A program made the position numbers and the translations under genes. Shown piece after piece: positions 9,417-19,445 of a stretch of DNA of 64,000 nt (positions within the stretch are counted from its first letter, which is position 1; each line of letters begins with the position of its first letter). The DNA is taken from contig CAVRRT010000046.1 in assembly GCA_963723305.1 (NCBI GenBank), forward strand, positions 239 through 64,238, written 5' to 3'. Below the pieces are notes generated by a model. It did not search any database. It was not told the DNA's origin and saw only the letters and a program-made list of their open reading frames with translations. The DNA comes from an uncultured Pseudomonadota bacterium (GTDB taxonomy: Bacteria > Myxococcota_A > Polyangia > Fen-1088).

Positions 9417-10220
9417 ATGGCCACCGTCGACGTTTCACTGAAGAGGGTTCGTTTCGGCCACACCGCGCGCAAGGACGGGTGGTGGGTCATGCCGCTCACC
9501 ACGTTCGTGGTGTTCAGCTCGTTCATCGCCTACACGACCTGGGCGCTGTTCCAGGGGGACAACTACTCGTACGGCAACTACCTGTCGCCGTTCTACTCGC
9601 CCGAGCTCTTCGGCAACTCGCCGCACGCCTGGTTCGGGCCCTGGCGCTGGCCCTGGCCTTCGTTCATCAAGTACTCGCCGGCGATGCTGATCCTGGTCTT
9701 CCCGCTGGCCTTTCGGATGACCTGCTACTACTACCGCGGCGCTTACTACAAGGCGTTCTGGGCCGACCCGCCCGCCTGTGCCGTCGGCGAGCCTCGCCAC
9801 GACTACCGCGGTGAGGCCAAGTGGCCGCTGCTGATTCAGAACCTGCACCGTTACGCGCTCTACTTCGCGCTGGTCTTCATCGTGCTGCTCTCGATCGACG
9901 TGGTGAAGGGGTTCTGCTTCAACGACCCCAAGACCGGGCACGCCACGTTCGGCGTCGGCGTCGGCTCGCTGGTGCTGCTCCTCAACGTCGTGCTCATCGG
10001 CGGCTACACGCTCGGCTGCCACTCGTTCCGCCACCTGGTGGCGGGGTTCATGGACACCTTCTCGAAGTCGCCGCTGCGCAAGAAGGCCTACGACTGCGCC
10101 AGCTGCCTCAACCGCCATCACCCCAAGTGGGCCTGGTGCTCGCTGGTCTGGGTGGCGCTCACCGACGTCTACATTCGCCTCTGCGCCAGCGGCGTCATCA
10201 CCGACCCGAGGATCTTTTAA
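9417..10220 (+). CDS. sdhC: Succinate dehydrogenase/fumarate reductase membrane anchor (cytochrome b-type, multi-TM)
   Basis: ~267-aa polytopic membrane protein directly upstream of sdhA, with TAATG stop/start overlap. The layout resembles three-subunit C-A-B operons. The ORF is also open from TTG 9381. Confidence 0.7.
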   Translation: MATVDVSLKRVRFGHTARKDGWWVMPLTTFVVFSSFIAYTTWALFQGDNYSYGNYLSPFYSPELFGNSPHAWFGPWRWPWPSFIKYSPAMLILVFPLAFRMTCYYYRGAYYKAFWADPPACAVGEPRHDYRGEAKWPLLIQNLHRYALYFALVFIVLLSIDVVKGFCFNDPKTGHATFGVGVGSLVLLLNVVLIGGYTLGCHSFRHLVAGFMDTFSKSPLRKKAYDCASCLNRHHPKWAWCSLVWVALTDVYIRLCASGVITDPRIF

Positions 10221-12043
10221 TGCCCGTTCACGAGACACACGAGCACGACGTCCTGATCATCGGCGCCGGTGGCGCCGGGCTGCGCGCGGCCATCGAGGCC
10301 TCGGCTGCGGGAATGTCGGTCGGCCTGGTCTGCAAGTCGCTGCTCGGCAAGGCGCACACGGTCATGGCCGAGGGCGGTGTCGCCGCCGCGATGGCTCACG
10401 TCGACGATCGCGACAGCTGGAAGGTCCACTTCTCGGACACCATGCGCGGGGGCCAGTACCTCAACAACTGGCGGATGGCCGAGCTGCACGCCAAGGAGGC
10501 ACCCGACCGGGTGCGCGAGCTCGAGGCCTGGGGCGCGGTCTTCGATCGCACCAAGGACGGCCGCATCCTGCAGCGCAACTTCGGCGGCCACCGCTACCCG
10601 CGGCTGGCCCACGTCGGCGATCGCACCGGCCTGGAGATGATCCGCACGCTCCAGGACCACGGCGTCCACCAGGGCTTCAAGGTCTACATGGAGCACACCA
10701 TCACCAAGCTGTTCGTCGACGCCGGGCGGATCGCCGGCGCGTTCGGCTACGATCGCGAGCGCGGCAACCTCCGCGTCTTCAAGGCCAAGGCCATCGTGAT
10801 CGCCACCGGCGGCGTGGGACGCGCCTTCAAGATCACCAGCAACAGCTGGGAGTACACCGGCGACGGCTACGCGCTGGCCTACGACGCCGGCGCCGACCTG
10901 ATGGACATGGAGTTCATCCAGTTCCACCCCACCGGGATGGTCTGGCCGCCGTCGGTGAAGGGGATCCTCGTCACCGAAGGCGTCCGCGGCGAGGGGGGCG
11001 TGCTGCGCAACAAGGAAGGCAAGCGCTTCATGTTCGACGACATCCCGGAGAACTACAAAGCGCAGACGGCCGACAGCGAGGAAGAGGGCTGGAAGTACAC
11101 CCAGGGGGACAAGAACTCCCGCCGTCCGCCCGAGCTGCTCACCCGCGACCACGTGGCGCGCAAGATCGTGAAAGAGGTGCGCGAGGGCCGCGGCAGCCCG
11201 CACGGCGGCGTCTTCCTCGACATCGCCTGGATCAAGGCGCGGCTGCCGAAGGGGGCCGAGGTCATCAAGAAGAAGCTCCCCAGCATGTACCACCAGTTCA
11301 AGGAGCTGGCCGACATCGACATCACCGAGGTGCCGATGGAGGTGGGGCCGACCACCCACTACACGATGGGCGGCATCCGCGTCGACGGCGACTCGCAGAT
11401 GTCGACGGTCCCTGGCCTCTTCGCGGCCGGCGAGTGCGCCGCCGGATTGCACGGCGCCAATCGTCTGGGCGGAAACTCCCTGTCGGACCTGCTGGTGTTC
11501 GGCAAGCGGGCCGGCGAGCACGCGGCCAAGTTCGCGCGCGAGCGCACCGCCGCCAACATCGATCAGACGGCGATCGACGCCGCCGAGCGGATGGCGCTGG
11601 CGCCGTTCGAGCGCGCGGCGGGCAGTGGCGACGCCGAGGCGCCGTACAAGATTCAATACGAGCTGCAGGATCTCATGCAGGACAACGTCGGCATCGTGCG
11701 CAACGAGGCCGACATCCGGAAGGCCCTCGAAGGGATCCAGGGGCTCAAGGCGCGCGCCGCCAGGGTCGCCTCGGTCGGCAACCGCGAGTACAACCCCGGC
11801 TGGCACACGGCGCTCGATCTGGCCAGCCTGCTCGCCTGCGCCGAGGTGATCGCCACCTCGGCGCTCGAGCGCAAGGAGAGCCGCGGCGGACACTTTCGCG
11901 AGGACCACCCCGACAAGGACCCGAATTTCTCGACCTTCAACCACGTGGTGCGCAAAGGGGCAGGGGGGCGGCCCGAGCTGCGGCGGGAGACGATCTCCCC
12001 GCTGCGCGAGGATCTGAAGCAGGTCATCGAGGAGAACAAGTAA
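10220..12043 (+). CDS. sdhA: Succinate dehydrogenase/fumarate reductase flavoprotein subunit
   Basis: MPVHETHEHDVLIIGAGGAGLRAA FAD-binding N-terminus plus HPTG, RLGGNSL and ESRGGHFRED motifs. The ATG at 10220 overlaps the upstream TAA. Confidence 0.95.
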   Translation: MPVHETHEHDVLIIGAGGAGLRAAIEASAAGMSVGLVCKSLLGKAHTVMAEGGVAAAMAHVDDRDSWKVHFSDTMRGGQYLNNWRMAELHAKEAPDRVRELEAWGAVFDRTKDGRILQRNFGGHRYPRLAHVGDRTGLEMIRTLQDHGVHQGFKVYMEHTITKLFVDAGRIAGAFGYDRERGNLRVFKAKAIVIATGGVGRAFKITSNSWEYTGDGYALAYDAGADLMDMEFIQFHPTGMVWPPSVKGILVTEGVRGEGGVLRNKEGKRFMFDDIPENYKAQTADSEEEGWKYTQGDKNSRRPPELLTRDHVARKIVKEVREGRGSPHGGVFLDIAWIKARLPKGAEVIKKKLPSMYHQFKELADIDITEVPMEVGPTTHYTMGGIRVDGDSQMSTVPGLFAAGECAAGLHGANRLGGNSLSDLLVFGKRAGEHAAKFARERTAANIDQTAIDAAERMALAPFERAAGSGDAEAPYKIQYELQDLMQDNVGIVRNEADIRKALEGIQGLKARAARVASVGNREYNPGWHTALDLASLLACAEVIATSALERKESRGGHFREDHPDKDPNFSTFNHVVRKGAGGRPELRRETISPLREDLKQVIEENK

Positions 12044-12883
12044 ATGTCCGAAGCGAACAACTCAGGGGACCCTGGAAGGGTCCCCGCACCCCCCCGCGAC
12101 GGGCTCCGCTCGGCGGAGCCGAGCTCCGCCCACGCGACTTCGGCGACCTCCGCGACATTCAGGGTTTGGCGCGGCGAGAAAGGCGAGGGGGAGTTCCGCG
12201 ACTACGAGACGCCCGTCTCGGAGGGGATGGTCGTCCTCGACGCCATTCATCAAATACAGGCCGAGCAGGCCAACGATCTGGCGGTGCGCTGGAACTGCAA
12301 GGCCGGAAAGTGCGGGTCGTGCTCGGCCGAGGTGAACGGCATGCCCAAGCTGATGTGCATGACGCGCCTCTCGGACCTGCCGCTCGAAAAGCCGGTGACA
12401 GTGCAGCCGATGCACACCTTCCCCTCGATCCGCGATCTCGTCACCGACGTGTCGTGGAACTTCCGCGTGAAGAAGGAGATCAAGCCCTTCAAGCCGCGCA
12501 AGCCCGACGCACCTGATGGCACGTGGCGCATGCAGCAGGAAGACATCGAGCGCGTGCAGGAGTTCCGCAAGTGCATCGAGTGCTTTCTCTGCCAGGACGT
12601 CTGCCACGTGCTGCGCGACCACCACAAGCACGAGGAGTTCATCGGCCCGCGCTTCCTGGTGCACGTCGCCGCGCTCGAGATGCACCCGCTCGACACCGAA
12701 GATCGCCTGCCCGAGCTCAAGACCGCGCAGGGCATCGGCTACTGCAACATCACCAAGTGCTGCACCAAGGTCTGCCCCGAGCACATCACCATCACCGACA
12801 ACGCGATCATTCCGCTCAAGGAGCGGGTGGTCGACCGCTACTACGACCCGCTGAAGAAACTATTTGGCATCGGCCGGAAGTGA
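12044..12883 (+). CDS. sdhB: Succinate dehydrogenase/fumarate reductase iron-sulfur subunit
   Basis: 2Fe-2S CKAGKCGSCS, and 4Fe-4S/3Fe-4S CIECFLCQDVC and CTKVCP cysteine clusters. It starts 1 nt after the sdhA stop. Confidence 0.95.
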   Translation: MSEANNSGDPGRVPAPPRDGLRSAEPSSAHATSATSATFRVWRGEKGEGEFRDYETPVSEGMVVLDAIHQIQAEQANDLAVRWNCKAGKCGSCSAEVNGMPKLMCMTRLSDLPLEKPVTVQPMHTFPSIRDLVTDVSWNFRVKKEIKPFKPRKPDAPDGTWRMQQEDIERVQEFRKCIECFLCQDVCHVLRDHHKHEEFIGPRFLVHVAALEMHPLDTEDRLPELKTAQGIGYCNITKCCTKVCPEHITITDNAIIPLKERVVDRYYDPLKKLFGIGRK

Positions 12884-13432
12884 GTCGACGCCGGCATCTT
12901 TGGCGCCGGCGTCCGCGCCGCTGTCGGCCCCGCCATCCCGGACGATGACGATGGCGTCGTAGTCCATGAGGCCTGCGTCGGTGGTGCTGTAGATCTCGCC
13001 CCCGGACGGGTGGTCAGGGATGGTGTAGACGGACGGGCCGATGACCGGGAAGCCGGAGCAGCAAGTGCCAGGGGCACTGTAAGGCTGGCCGAAGAAGAGC
13101 TGGACGATCTCGGAGGGGCGCCCGTCGGAGTAGGGATCGAACTGGACCAGCACGTCGCAGCGGCCGGGGGCCTGCCCGGTGACGGTGGTGTGCGTGCAGT
13201 AGGTGGTGTTTTCATCCCCGGTGCAGATGACGGTCGACGCCGGGGGACAGGCCGGGCCATTCACCTGGAAGTTGAGGGAGAGCTCGTAGTTGTCGCTGGA
13301 GCCGATGAAGACCGTGTTGGTGGGGCAGGAGGCCTCGCAGTTGCTGGCGCAGCCGTGCTGCGCGGTGAAGACCGCCAGGAGAAATCCAACCAGGGCGGCG
13401 ACAGTCAACGACGAGAACAGCTTCAGCTTCAT
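12860..13432 (-). CDS. Secreted Cys-containing hypothetical protein
   Basis: Signal peptide MKLKLFSSLTVAALVGFLLAVFTA. No recognisable domain. Its 3' end overlaps the convergent sdhB by 24 nt. Confidence 0.55.
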   Translation of the reverse strand: MKLKLFSSLTVAALVGFLLAVFTAQHGCASNCEASCPTNTVFIGSSDNYELSLNFQVNGPACPPASTVICTGDENTTYCTHTTVTGQAPGRCDVLVQFDPYSDGRPSEIVQLFFGQPYSAPGTCCSGFPVIGPSVYTIPDHPSGGEIYSTTDAGLMDYDAIVIVRDGGADSGADAGAKDAGVDSLPADAK

Positions 13433-13574
13433 CGGGGGGAGGGGGAGCATATCTTCGGGAGGGCCGGCGCCGAGACTAATTCATCGCGCGCCCGGAGCGC
13501 GGTGACCGGGCGCACGTCGCATTTTCTCTTGGCGGCGGCTTGGTCTATGCTCGCCGCCCTCGGAGGGTCAGAAG

Positions 13575-14774
13575 ATGAGCCGTCTCAATGCGTCGGTCCT
13601 TGGTCTTGCAGCTGTTCTTGGTCTTGCTTTCGGCGTCGCGGCCTGCGCGGGCGCGATAAAACCGGTGGCCGTCGTACCCGCCACCACGCCGCACGCGCCC
13701 ACCGACGTGAACCCGTTCGCCGGGGCGCGGATGTACGTGAACCCGGAGTACAACGCCACCGTCAAGGCGATGGCCGAGCGCCACGCCGATCAGGCGCCGC
13801 TCTTGAAGAAGCTGGCCGACATGTCGACGGCCATCTGGTTTTCGAAGATCGCCGATCTGGCGCTGCTGCCGAAGGATCTGGACGACGCGCTGGCCGAGCA
13901 GACCGCGGGAGGCAAGCCGGTGGTGCCGGTGTTCGTCGTCTACGACATGCCCGGGCGCGACTGCGCGGCGGCGGCCTCGGCCGGGGAGCTCGGCGCGAAC
14001 GAGGCGGGCGAGGCGCGCTATCAGAAGGAGTACATCGACGTCATCGCGGCGGCGCTGGCGGCGCACCCCACGCTGAACGCGGCCCTGATCCTCGAGCCTG
14101 ACTCGCTGGCCAACCTGGTCACCAACCTGGAGAAGCCGGCCTGCGCCGCCTCCGAGGGGATCTACAAGCGCAGCATCGCCTATGCGATCGCCAAGCTGTC
14201 GCTCCCCAACGCCTTCCTCTACGTCGATGCGGCGCACGCCGGCTGGCTGGGATGGCCCAGGAACCTGGTCAAGAGCGTCGCGCTCTACAAGGAAGTGCTG
14301 GCGATGGCCGGTGGCCCCGATCGGATCCGCGGCTTCGCGGTCGACGTCTCGAACTACGACCCGGCCAAGGACCCCACCGCGCCGAAGCGCGATCCGGCCG
14401 CCGCCCCCAACGATGAGCTCGGCTACGTCGAGGATCTCGCCAAGGCGTTGCCGACGGTCGGGATCACCGGCAAGGCCTTCGTGATCGACACCAGCCGCGA
14501 TGGAGTTCCCAGCGTCCGCACCGAGCCGGGCAACTGGTGCAACATCAAGGGCGCCGGCCTGGGCGAGCGCCCGCAGGCCGCGCCGGCCCCCAACGTCGAC
14601 GCCTACCTCTGGATCAAGGTCCCGGGCGAGTCCGACGGAACCGCCGACGCCAAGGCGGCGCGCTTCGACGCCAACTGCGTCTCCGACGACGCCACCCCGG
14701 GCGCGCCCGAGGCCGGGCTGCTGTTCGAGCCCTACCTCCTCGACCTCGTCAAGAACGCCAAACCGCCGCTTTAG
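13575..14774 (+). CDS. Glycoside hydrolase family 6 (cellulase: endoglucanase/cellobiohydrolase), lipoprotein
   Basis: Both GH6 signatures are present: VVYDMPGRDCAAAASAGE and ALILEPDSLA. WIKVPGESDG is also present. Lipobox is GVAAC. Confidence 0.9.
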   Translation: MSRLNASVLGLAAVLGLAFGVAACAGAIKPVAVVPATTPHAPTDVNPFAGARMYVNPEYNATVKAMAERHADQAPLLKKLADMSTAIWFSKIADLALLPKDLDDALAEQTAGGKPVVPVFVVYDMPGRDCAAAASAGELGANEAGEARYQKEYIDVIAAALAAHPTLNAALILEPDSLANLVTNLEKPACAASEGIYKRSIAYAIAKLSLPNAFLYVDAAHAGWLGWPRNLVKSVALYKEVLAMAGGPDRIRGFAVDVSNYDPAKDPTAPKRDPAAAPNDELGYVEDLAKALPTVGITGKAFVIDTSRDGVPSVRTEPGNWCNIKGAGLGERPQAAPAPNVDAYLWIKVPGESDGTADAKAARFDANCVSDDATPGAPEAGLLFEPYLLDLVKNAKPPL

Positions 14775-14850
14775 GGCTGTGGCCGAGGTGCCGGGGCGGT
14801 CGCTCGCGCTGTAGTGTTTTCCTGCCGCCGCCGGCGGCGCCCGCCGCCGG

Positions 14851-16095
14851 TTGGTGCTAAACCGAAGGCCAGCTTTGTCTGAACCAACCCAGCCGAAACA
14901 GCGAATCGGGCCGCGCCGGCGCGGGCGGTTCACGCTGATGGTCCTGCTGATCGCGCTCGGCGTTCAGCTCCCGTTGGTGGCGGCGCTCGGCCATCTCAGC
15001 GGGCACCGCGGCGTGGTGCTGGCGGTCGCGGCCGCGATCACCTTCGGCTTCCTGTCGACGGTGTTCGGGGGACGCAGCGCCTTCGGATCGCCGGGGCGGC
15101 TGCGCCTCTACCTGGTGCTGTGGCCGTTCTTCATCTGGTGGACGTTGGGGCTGCTGTTCGCCGTGTTCGCGCCGCTGGCGTTCGTGGTGGCCCTGGCGGT
15201 GCACGCGCCGCTCGACGTCGGGTGGGCGGCCGCCCTGGCGGCTGCGGCGCTGGGTACCTTGGTGGCGTTTTCCAACCGGCCTCGGCTGCGTCAGCACGAC
15301 ATCGCTATCGCCGGCCTCCCCGCCGCCTTCGACGGTTACCGGGTGGCGCAGATCTCCGATCTGCACTGCGGCCCGTTCGCCGGCGGAGCGCGGGTCGACC
15401 GCTGGGTCGCCGCGGTCAACCGCCTGGACGTCGACCTGGTGGCGGTCACCGGCGATCTGATCGCCAGCGGCTCGACCTTCGTCCCCGTCGTGGCAGCATC
15501 CCTCGGCAGGCTGCGTGGGCGCGACGGCGTGTTCGCCTGCATGGGGAACCACGACTACTTCACCGACGGCGAGGAGATGGCGCAGGCGCTGGAGCGGGCG
15601 GGGCTGACGCTGCTCCGCAACCGCGGCGTCGCAGTTCGCCGCGGCGGCGCCACGCTCTACGTCGCCGGCGTCGACGACACCTGGACCGGGCGTCACGATC
15701 TCGAGCGCGCGCTGGCCGACCGGCCCCCCGCCGCGCCGACGCTGCTGCTGGCGCACGATCCGGTCCTGTTTCCCGCGGCGGCGGAGCGCGCGGTCGCCCT
15801 GACGCTGTCGGGGCACACGCACGGTGGGCAGCTCGGCGTGCCGTTCTTCGCCAAGCGCTTCAACCTGGCGCGGGTCATCACCCGCTTCACCACCGGCCTC
15901 TATCAGATGGGGGACGCGACGCTCTACGTGAACCGGGGCCTGGGGACGACCGGGATGCCGATCCGGCTGTTCGTGCCGCCCGAGATCGCGGTCATCACGC
16001 TCCGCCGCGCTTCGGTCTCGGCGGAGGCGCGCTCCACGGCCGCCGCCATAGCACCTGATTCAGCCCCCGCAATGGCCGGGAACAACTTTCAGTAG
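14851..16095 (+). CDS. Membrane-anchored metallophosphoesterase (N-terminal TM helices plus calcineurin-like domain)
   Basis: Four hydrophobic segments followed by DLHCG, GDLI, GNHDYF and GHTHGGQ. Alternative start ATG 14938. Confidence 0.8.
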   Translation: MVLNRRPALSEPTQPKQRIGPRRRGRFTLMVLLIALGVQLPLVAALGHLSGHRGVVLAVAAAITFGFLSTVFGGRSAFGSPGRLRLYLVLWPFFIWWTLGLLFAVFAPLAFVVALAVHAPLDVGWAAALAAAALGTLVAFSNRPRLRQHDIAIAGLPAAFDGYRVAQISDLHCGPFAGGARVDRWVAAVNRLDVDLVAVTGDLIASGSTFVPVVAASLGRLRGRDGVFACMGNHDYFTDGEEMAQALERAGLTLLRNRGVAVRRGGATLYVAGVDDTWTGRHDLERALADRPPAAPTLLLAHDPVLFPAAAERAVALTLSGHTHGGQLGVPFFAKRFNLARVITRFTTGLYQMGDATLYVNRGLGTTGMPIRLFVPPEIAVITLRRASVSAEARSTAAAIAPDSAPAMAGNNFQ

Positions 16096-16129
16096 ATTTC
16101 TTAGTCTCGATAGTTGCCAGGGGGCGGAA

Positions 16130-17293
16130 ATGGTACCGTACCCCACGGTGCCCCCTACTTTTGCCCCCTGTACAGGGTTTCGGCGCGATCTCGAAGCGCG
16201 CGTGGCGCAGTATTTCGACGCCGGTCCGCGCTCGCGTCATGGATCCGCGAGGCTCTATCTCAAGACCGGGATCCTGATCTGCTGGCTGGCCGCATCGTAC
16301 GTCGGGCTCGTTTTCCTGGCGACGACATGGTGGCAGGTCGTGCCGCTCTCGCTTTCACTCGCGCTGGCGATGGCGGGCGTCGGGTTCAACGTCCAGCACG
16401 ACGGGAACCACGGCGCCTACTCGAAGCACGACGGCGTGAACAAGGCGGCGGCGTTGTCGCTCAACCTGCTGGGCGGCGACGCCTACTTCTGGCACTTCAA
16501 GCACAACATCGCCCATCACAGCTACCCGAACGTCACCGGCTCCGACGACGACATCCGTCTCGGCCCCCTGGCGCGCATGTCGCCGCATCAGCGGCGCTAC
16601 TGGTTCCACCGGTTCCAGCACTTCTACATCTGGGGTCTCTACTCTCTCTTGGCGATCAACTGGCAGCTCTCGGGCGACTTCCGCTCGATCATCAAGCCCG
16701 GCGTCGGCGACACGCGGGTGTCCCGGCCACGCGGCTGGGATCTGATCTGTTTCTGGGCCGGCAAGGTCTGGTTTCTGACGCTGGTGTTCGTGGTGCCGCT
16801 CTGGCGCCATCGGGTGGCGCCGATGATCGGCGTCTACTTTTTGACCATGACGGTCCTCGGGCTGACGCTGGCGATCGTCTTCCAGCTCGCCCACTGCGTC
16901 GAGGAGGCCCAGTTTCGGGTTCCCCTCACCGGCACCAAGCGCATCGATCGCGACTTCACGGCGCATCAGGTGGAGACCTCGGTCGACTTCGCCCGCGACA
17001 GCCGCGTTTTGACCTGGTACCTCGGCGGGCTCAACTTCCAGGTCGAGCACCACCTCTTCCCCAAGATCAGCCACATTCACTATCCGGCGCTCTCCCCCAT
17101 CGTCGAGGCGACCTGCCAGGCGCACGGGATCACGCACCTGTCGCACCGCACGATGCGTGGCGCGTTGCGCTCGCACGTCCGCTGGCTGAGGCGGATGGGG
17201 CGCAAGGGTGAGGTCGCCCTGGCGGCCGCCACGACCGGCGAGGCCGGGAGCGCCCCCGAGGGCGAGCGCGCCGGCGAGCTTCAGCCCGCCTGA
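16130..17293 (+). CDS. Membrane fatty-acid desaturase (three His boxes)
   Basis: His boxes HDGNHG, HNIAHHSYPN and QVEHHLFP, plus TM segments. Confidence 0.9.
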   Translation: MVPYPTVPPTFAPCTGFRRDLEARVAQYFDAGPRSRHGSARLYLKTGILICWLAASYVGLVFLATTWWQVVPLSLSLALAMAGVGFNVQHDGNHGAYSKHDGVNKAAALSLNLLGGDAYFWHFKHNIAHHSYPNVTGSDDDIRLGPLARMSPHQRRYWFHRFQHFYIWGLYSLLAINWQLSGDFRSIIKPGVGDTRVSRPRGWDLICFWAGKVWFLTLVFVVPLWRHRVAPMIGVYFLTMTVLGLTLAIVFQLAHCVEEAQFRVPLTGTKRIDRDFTAHQVETSVDFARDSRVLTWYLGGLNFQVEHHLFPKISHIHYPALSPIVEATCQAHGITHLSHRTMRGALRSHVRWLRRMGRKGEVALAAATTGEAGSAPEGERAGELQPA

Positions 17294-18105
17294 AGCTTGA
17301 AGTCGAACCCGACCCGGGGCGGCTCGTGATTGGGGTCGCAGCGGTAGCGCGCGAAGTCGGTCACCCCCTCGGCGCGCAGGAAGTCCTCGTCGATGAGCGC
17401 CTGGCCGGTCAGTGTCTCGGGGGGCTTGCTGAAGATGGCCACCATCGCGTCGGCGACGATGTCGGGCTTGCGCCAGAGCGTCCTGTCGCCGAGCCCCCAG
17501 CGGATGGTCGCCTGGCTCTCGATCATCGTCGCTGGCCACAGAGCGTTGGCCGCCACGCCCTGTCCGCGCACCTCCTCGGCGACACCCTGCGCGACCAGCG
17601 TCATCCCGAACTTGCTGAGCGCGTAGGCGACCTTCCCGCTGCCGGCCCGCGGATCGACCGGCGGCGAGAGCATCAGGATGTGCCCGAACTTGCGCGCCAG
17701 CATGGAGGGCAAGAGGAAACGGGTGCAGGCGAAGGCGCCGCGGGCGTTCACCCCCATGACCAGATCGAACCGCTTCATCTCCGTCTCGGCGACCGAGCGC
17801 CAGTAGAGCGCCCCGGCGTTGTTGACCAGGAAGTCGACGTGGCCGAAGTGCTCGAGCGCCAGCTTGGCCACCCGCTCGACCGCGGCGTCGTCCCGCACGT
17901 CGAGCTCGGCGGCCAGGGCCCGCCGGCCGAGCGCCTCGATCTCGCGCGCCGTCTCATGGATCGTCCCCGGCAGCCTCGGATCGGGCGCCACCGTCTTGGC
18001 GGCGACCACGACGTCGCACCCCTCGGCCGCCAGGCGCAGGGCCAGCGCCTTCCCCACGCCGCGGGAGGCACCGGTCACGAAGGCGACCCGACCGGGAAAG
18101 CGCAT
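17281..18105 (-). CDS. Short-chain dehydrogenase/reductase (SDR) family oxidoreductase
   Basis: TGASRGVGKA cofactor motif, NNAG, and the YALSK catalytic motif. Confidence 0.9.
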   Translation of the reverse strand: MRFPGRVAFVTGASRGVGKALALRLAAEGCDVVVAAKTVAPDPRLPGTIHETAREIEALGRRALAAELDVRDDAAVERVAKLALEHFGHVDFLVNNAGALYWRSVAETEMKRFDLVMGVNARGAFACTRFLLPSMLARKFGHILMLSPPVDPRAGSGKVAYALSKFGMTLVAQGVAEEVRGQGVAANALWPATMIESQATIRWGLGDRTLWRKPDIVADAMVAIFSKPPETLTGQALIDEDFLRAEGVTDFARYRCDPNHEPPRVGFDFKLQAG

Positions 18106-18327
18106 GCCGAGATCTTACCCCAACCAGAGGCTCCCCACGCCCCGCGGATGCAAGAGCGCGCCGGTCAGGCGTTCGCTCTGTACGATGTGCCCGTGACCCG
18201 GAGCGACGCGCGGACGACCGCCCAGATGCGCCAGGCGTCCCCCAGTTCGCGTCGGCGGTGACCCAAGACGGGGTCGCCCACTGAGCGGAGAGCTTGCTCT
18301 CGGGCGCCGTTCGTGGGAGAGGGGCGC

Positions 18328-19445
18328 ATGGCCGCCGCTGAGACCTTGGTACGAGAGTTGTTCGAGCACGCCGGAATCAAGATCGGCGGGCCCGGTCCCG
18401 GCGACATCCAGGTCCACGACAAGCGCTTCTACGGCCGCGTGATCCGCGAGGCGTCGATGGGGTTCGGCGAGTCGTACATGGACGGCTGGTGGGACACCGA
18501 CGCGCTCGACGTGCTGCTGGAGAAGATCATGCGCGGCGGCCTGCGGCAGAAGATGACCGGCAGCCCCCGGATGCGCCTGCTGACCGCCAAGGCGTTCGTG
18601 ATGAACCTGCAGTCGAAGGCGCGCTCCGGCAAATCGGTCGAGGCGCACTACGACATCGGCAACGATCTCTACACCAAGATGCTCGACCCGCGCATGGTCT
18701 ACACCTGCGGCTACTGGAAGAACGCCACCACGCTGGCCGAGGCGCAGGAGGCCAAGCTGGACCTCGTCTGCCGCAAGCTGGGGCTGCAAAAGGGGATGCG
18801 GGTGCTCGATCTCGGCTGCGGCTGGGGCGGGTTCGCGGCCTTCGCCGCCGAGAAGTACGGCTGCTCGGTGGTGGGCGTCACCCTGTCGAAGGATCAGCAC
18901 GCGCTGGGGCGCGAGCTCTGGAAGCACCTCGACGTCGACCTGCGCCTCTGCGACTACCGCGACGTCACCGGGACGTTCGATCGCGTCTCCTCGATCGGCA
19001 TGATGGAGCACGTCGGCCCCAAGAATCACCGCCACGTCATGGAGGTGGTCCACCGCAGCCTGGTCGACGACGGCGTCGCCGTCATCCACACCATCGCCAA
19101 CAACCGCAGCCGCACCCACGGCACGCCGTTCGTCGAGAAGTACATCTTCCCGAACGCCGTCGCGCCGTCGATCGCGCAGCTGGGCGCGCGCCATCGAGGG
19201 GCTGTTCGTGCTGGAGGATCTGCAGAACATCGGCCCCGACTACGAGCGGACGCTGCTGGCCTGGTGGGAGAACTTCGACCGCGCCTACCCGGAGCTCAAG
19301 GCACAAGTACGACCAGCGCTTTTACCGGATGTGGAAGTTCTACCTGCTGGCGGCGGCCGGCGCCTCGCGCGCCCGCGACGGCCAGCTCTATCACCTGGTG
19401 CTGACCAAGATCGGCCGCAAGCAGCCCGACTGCCGCGTCAGCTAG
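18328..19445 (+). pseudogene. cfa: Cyclopropane-fatty-acyl-phospholipid synthase with two +1 frame disruptions
   Basis: Cfa homology (VLDLGCGWGG SAM motif etc.) runs in frame 1 to ~19190. It continues as LFVLEDLQNIGPDYERTLLAWWENFDRAYPELKA in frame 2, then as KYDQRFYRMWKFYLLAAAGASRARDGQLYHLVLTK in frame 0. One extra nucleotide is needed within 19184-19192 and another within 19301-19304. Confidence 0.85.

Noticed and set aside
14826-14839. 14-bp perfect GC palindrome after the GH6 gene, considered as a rho-independent terminator.
   Set aside because: It has no loop and no downstream T tract. It is indistinguishable from chance CCGG-centred palindromes in G+C-rich DNA.
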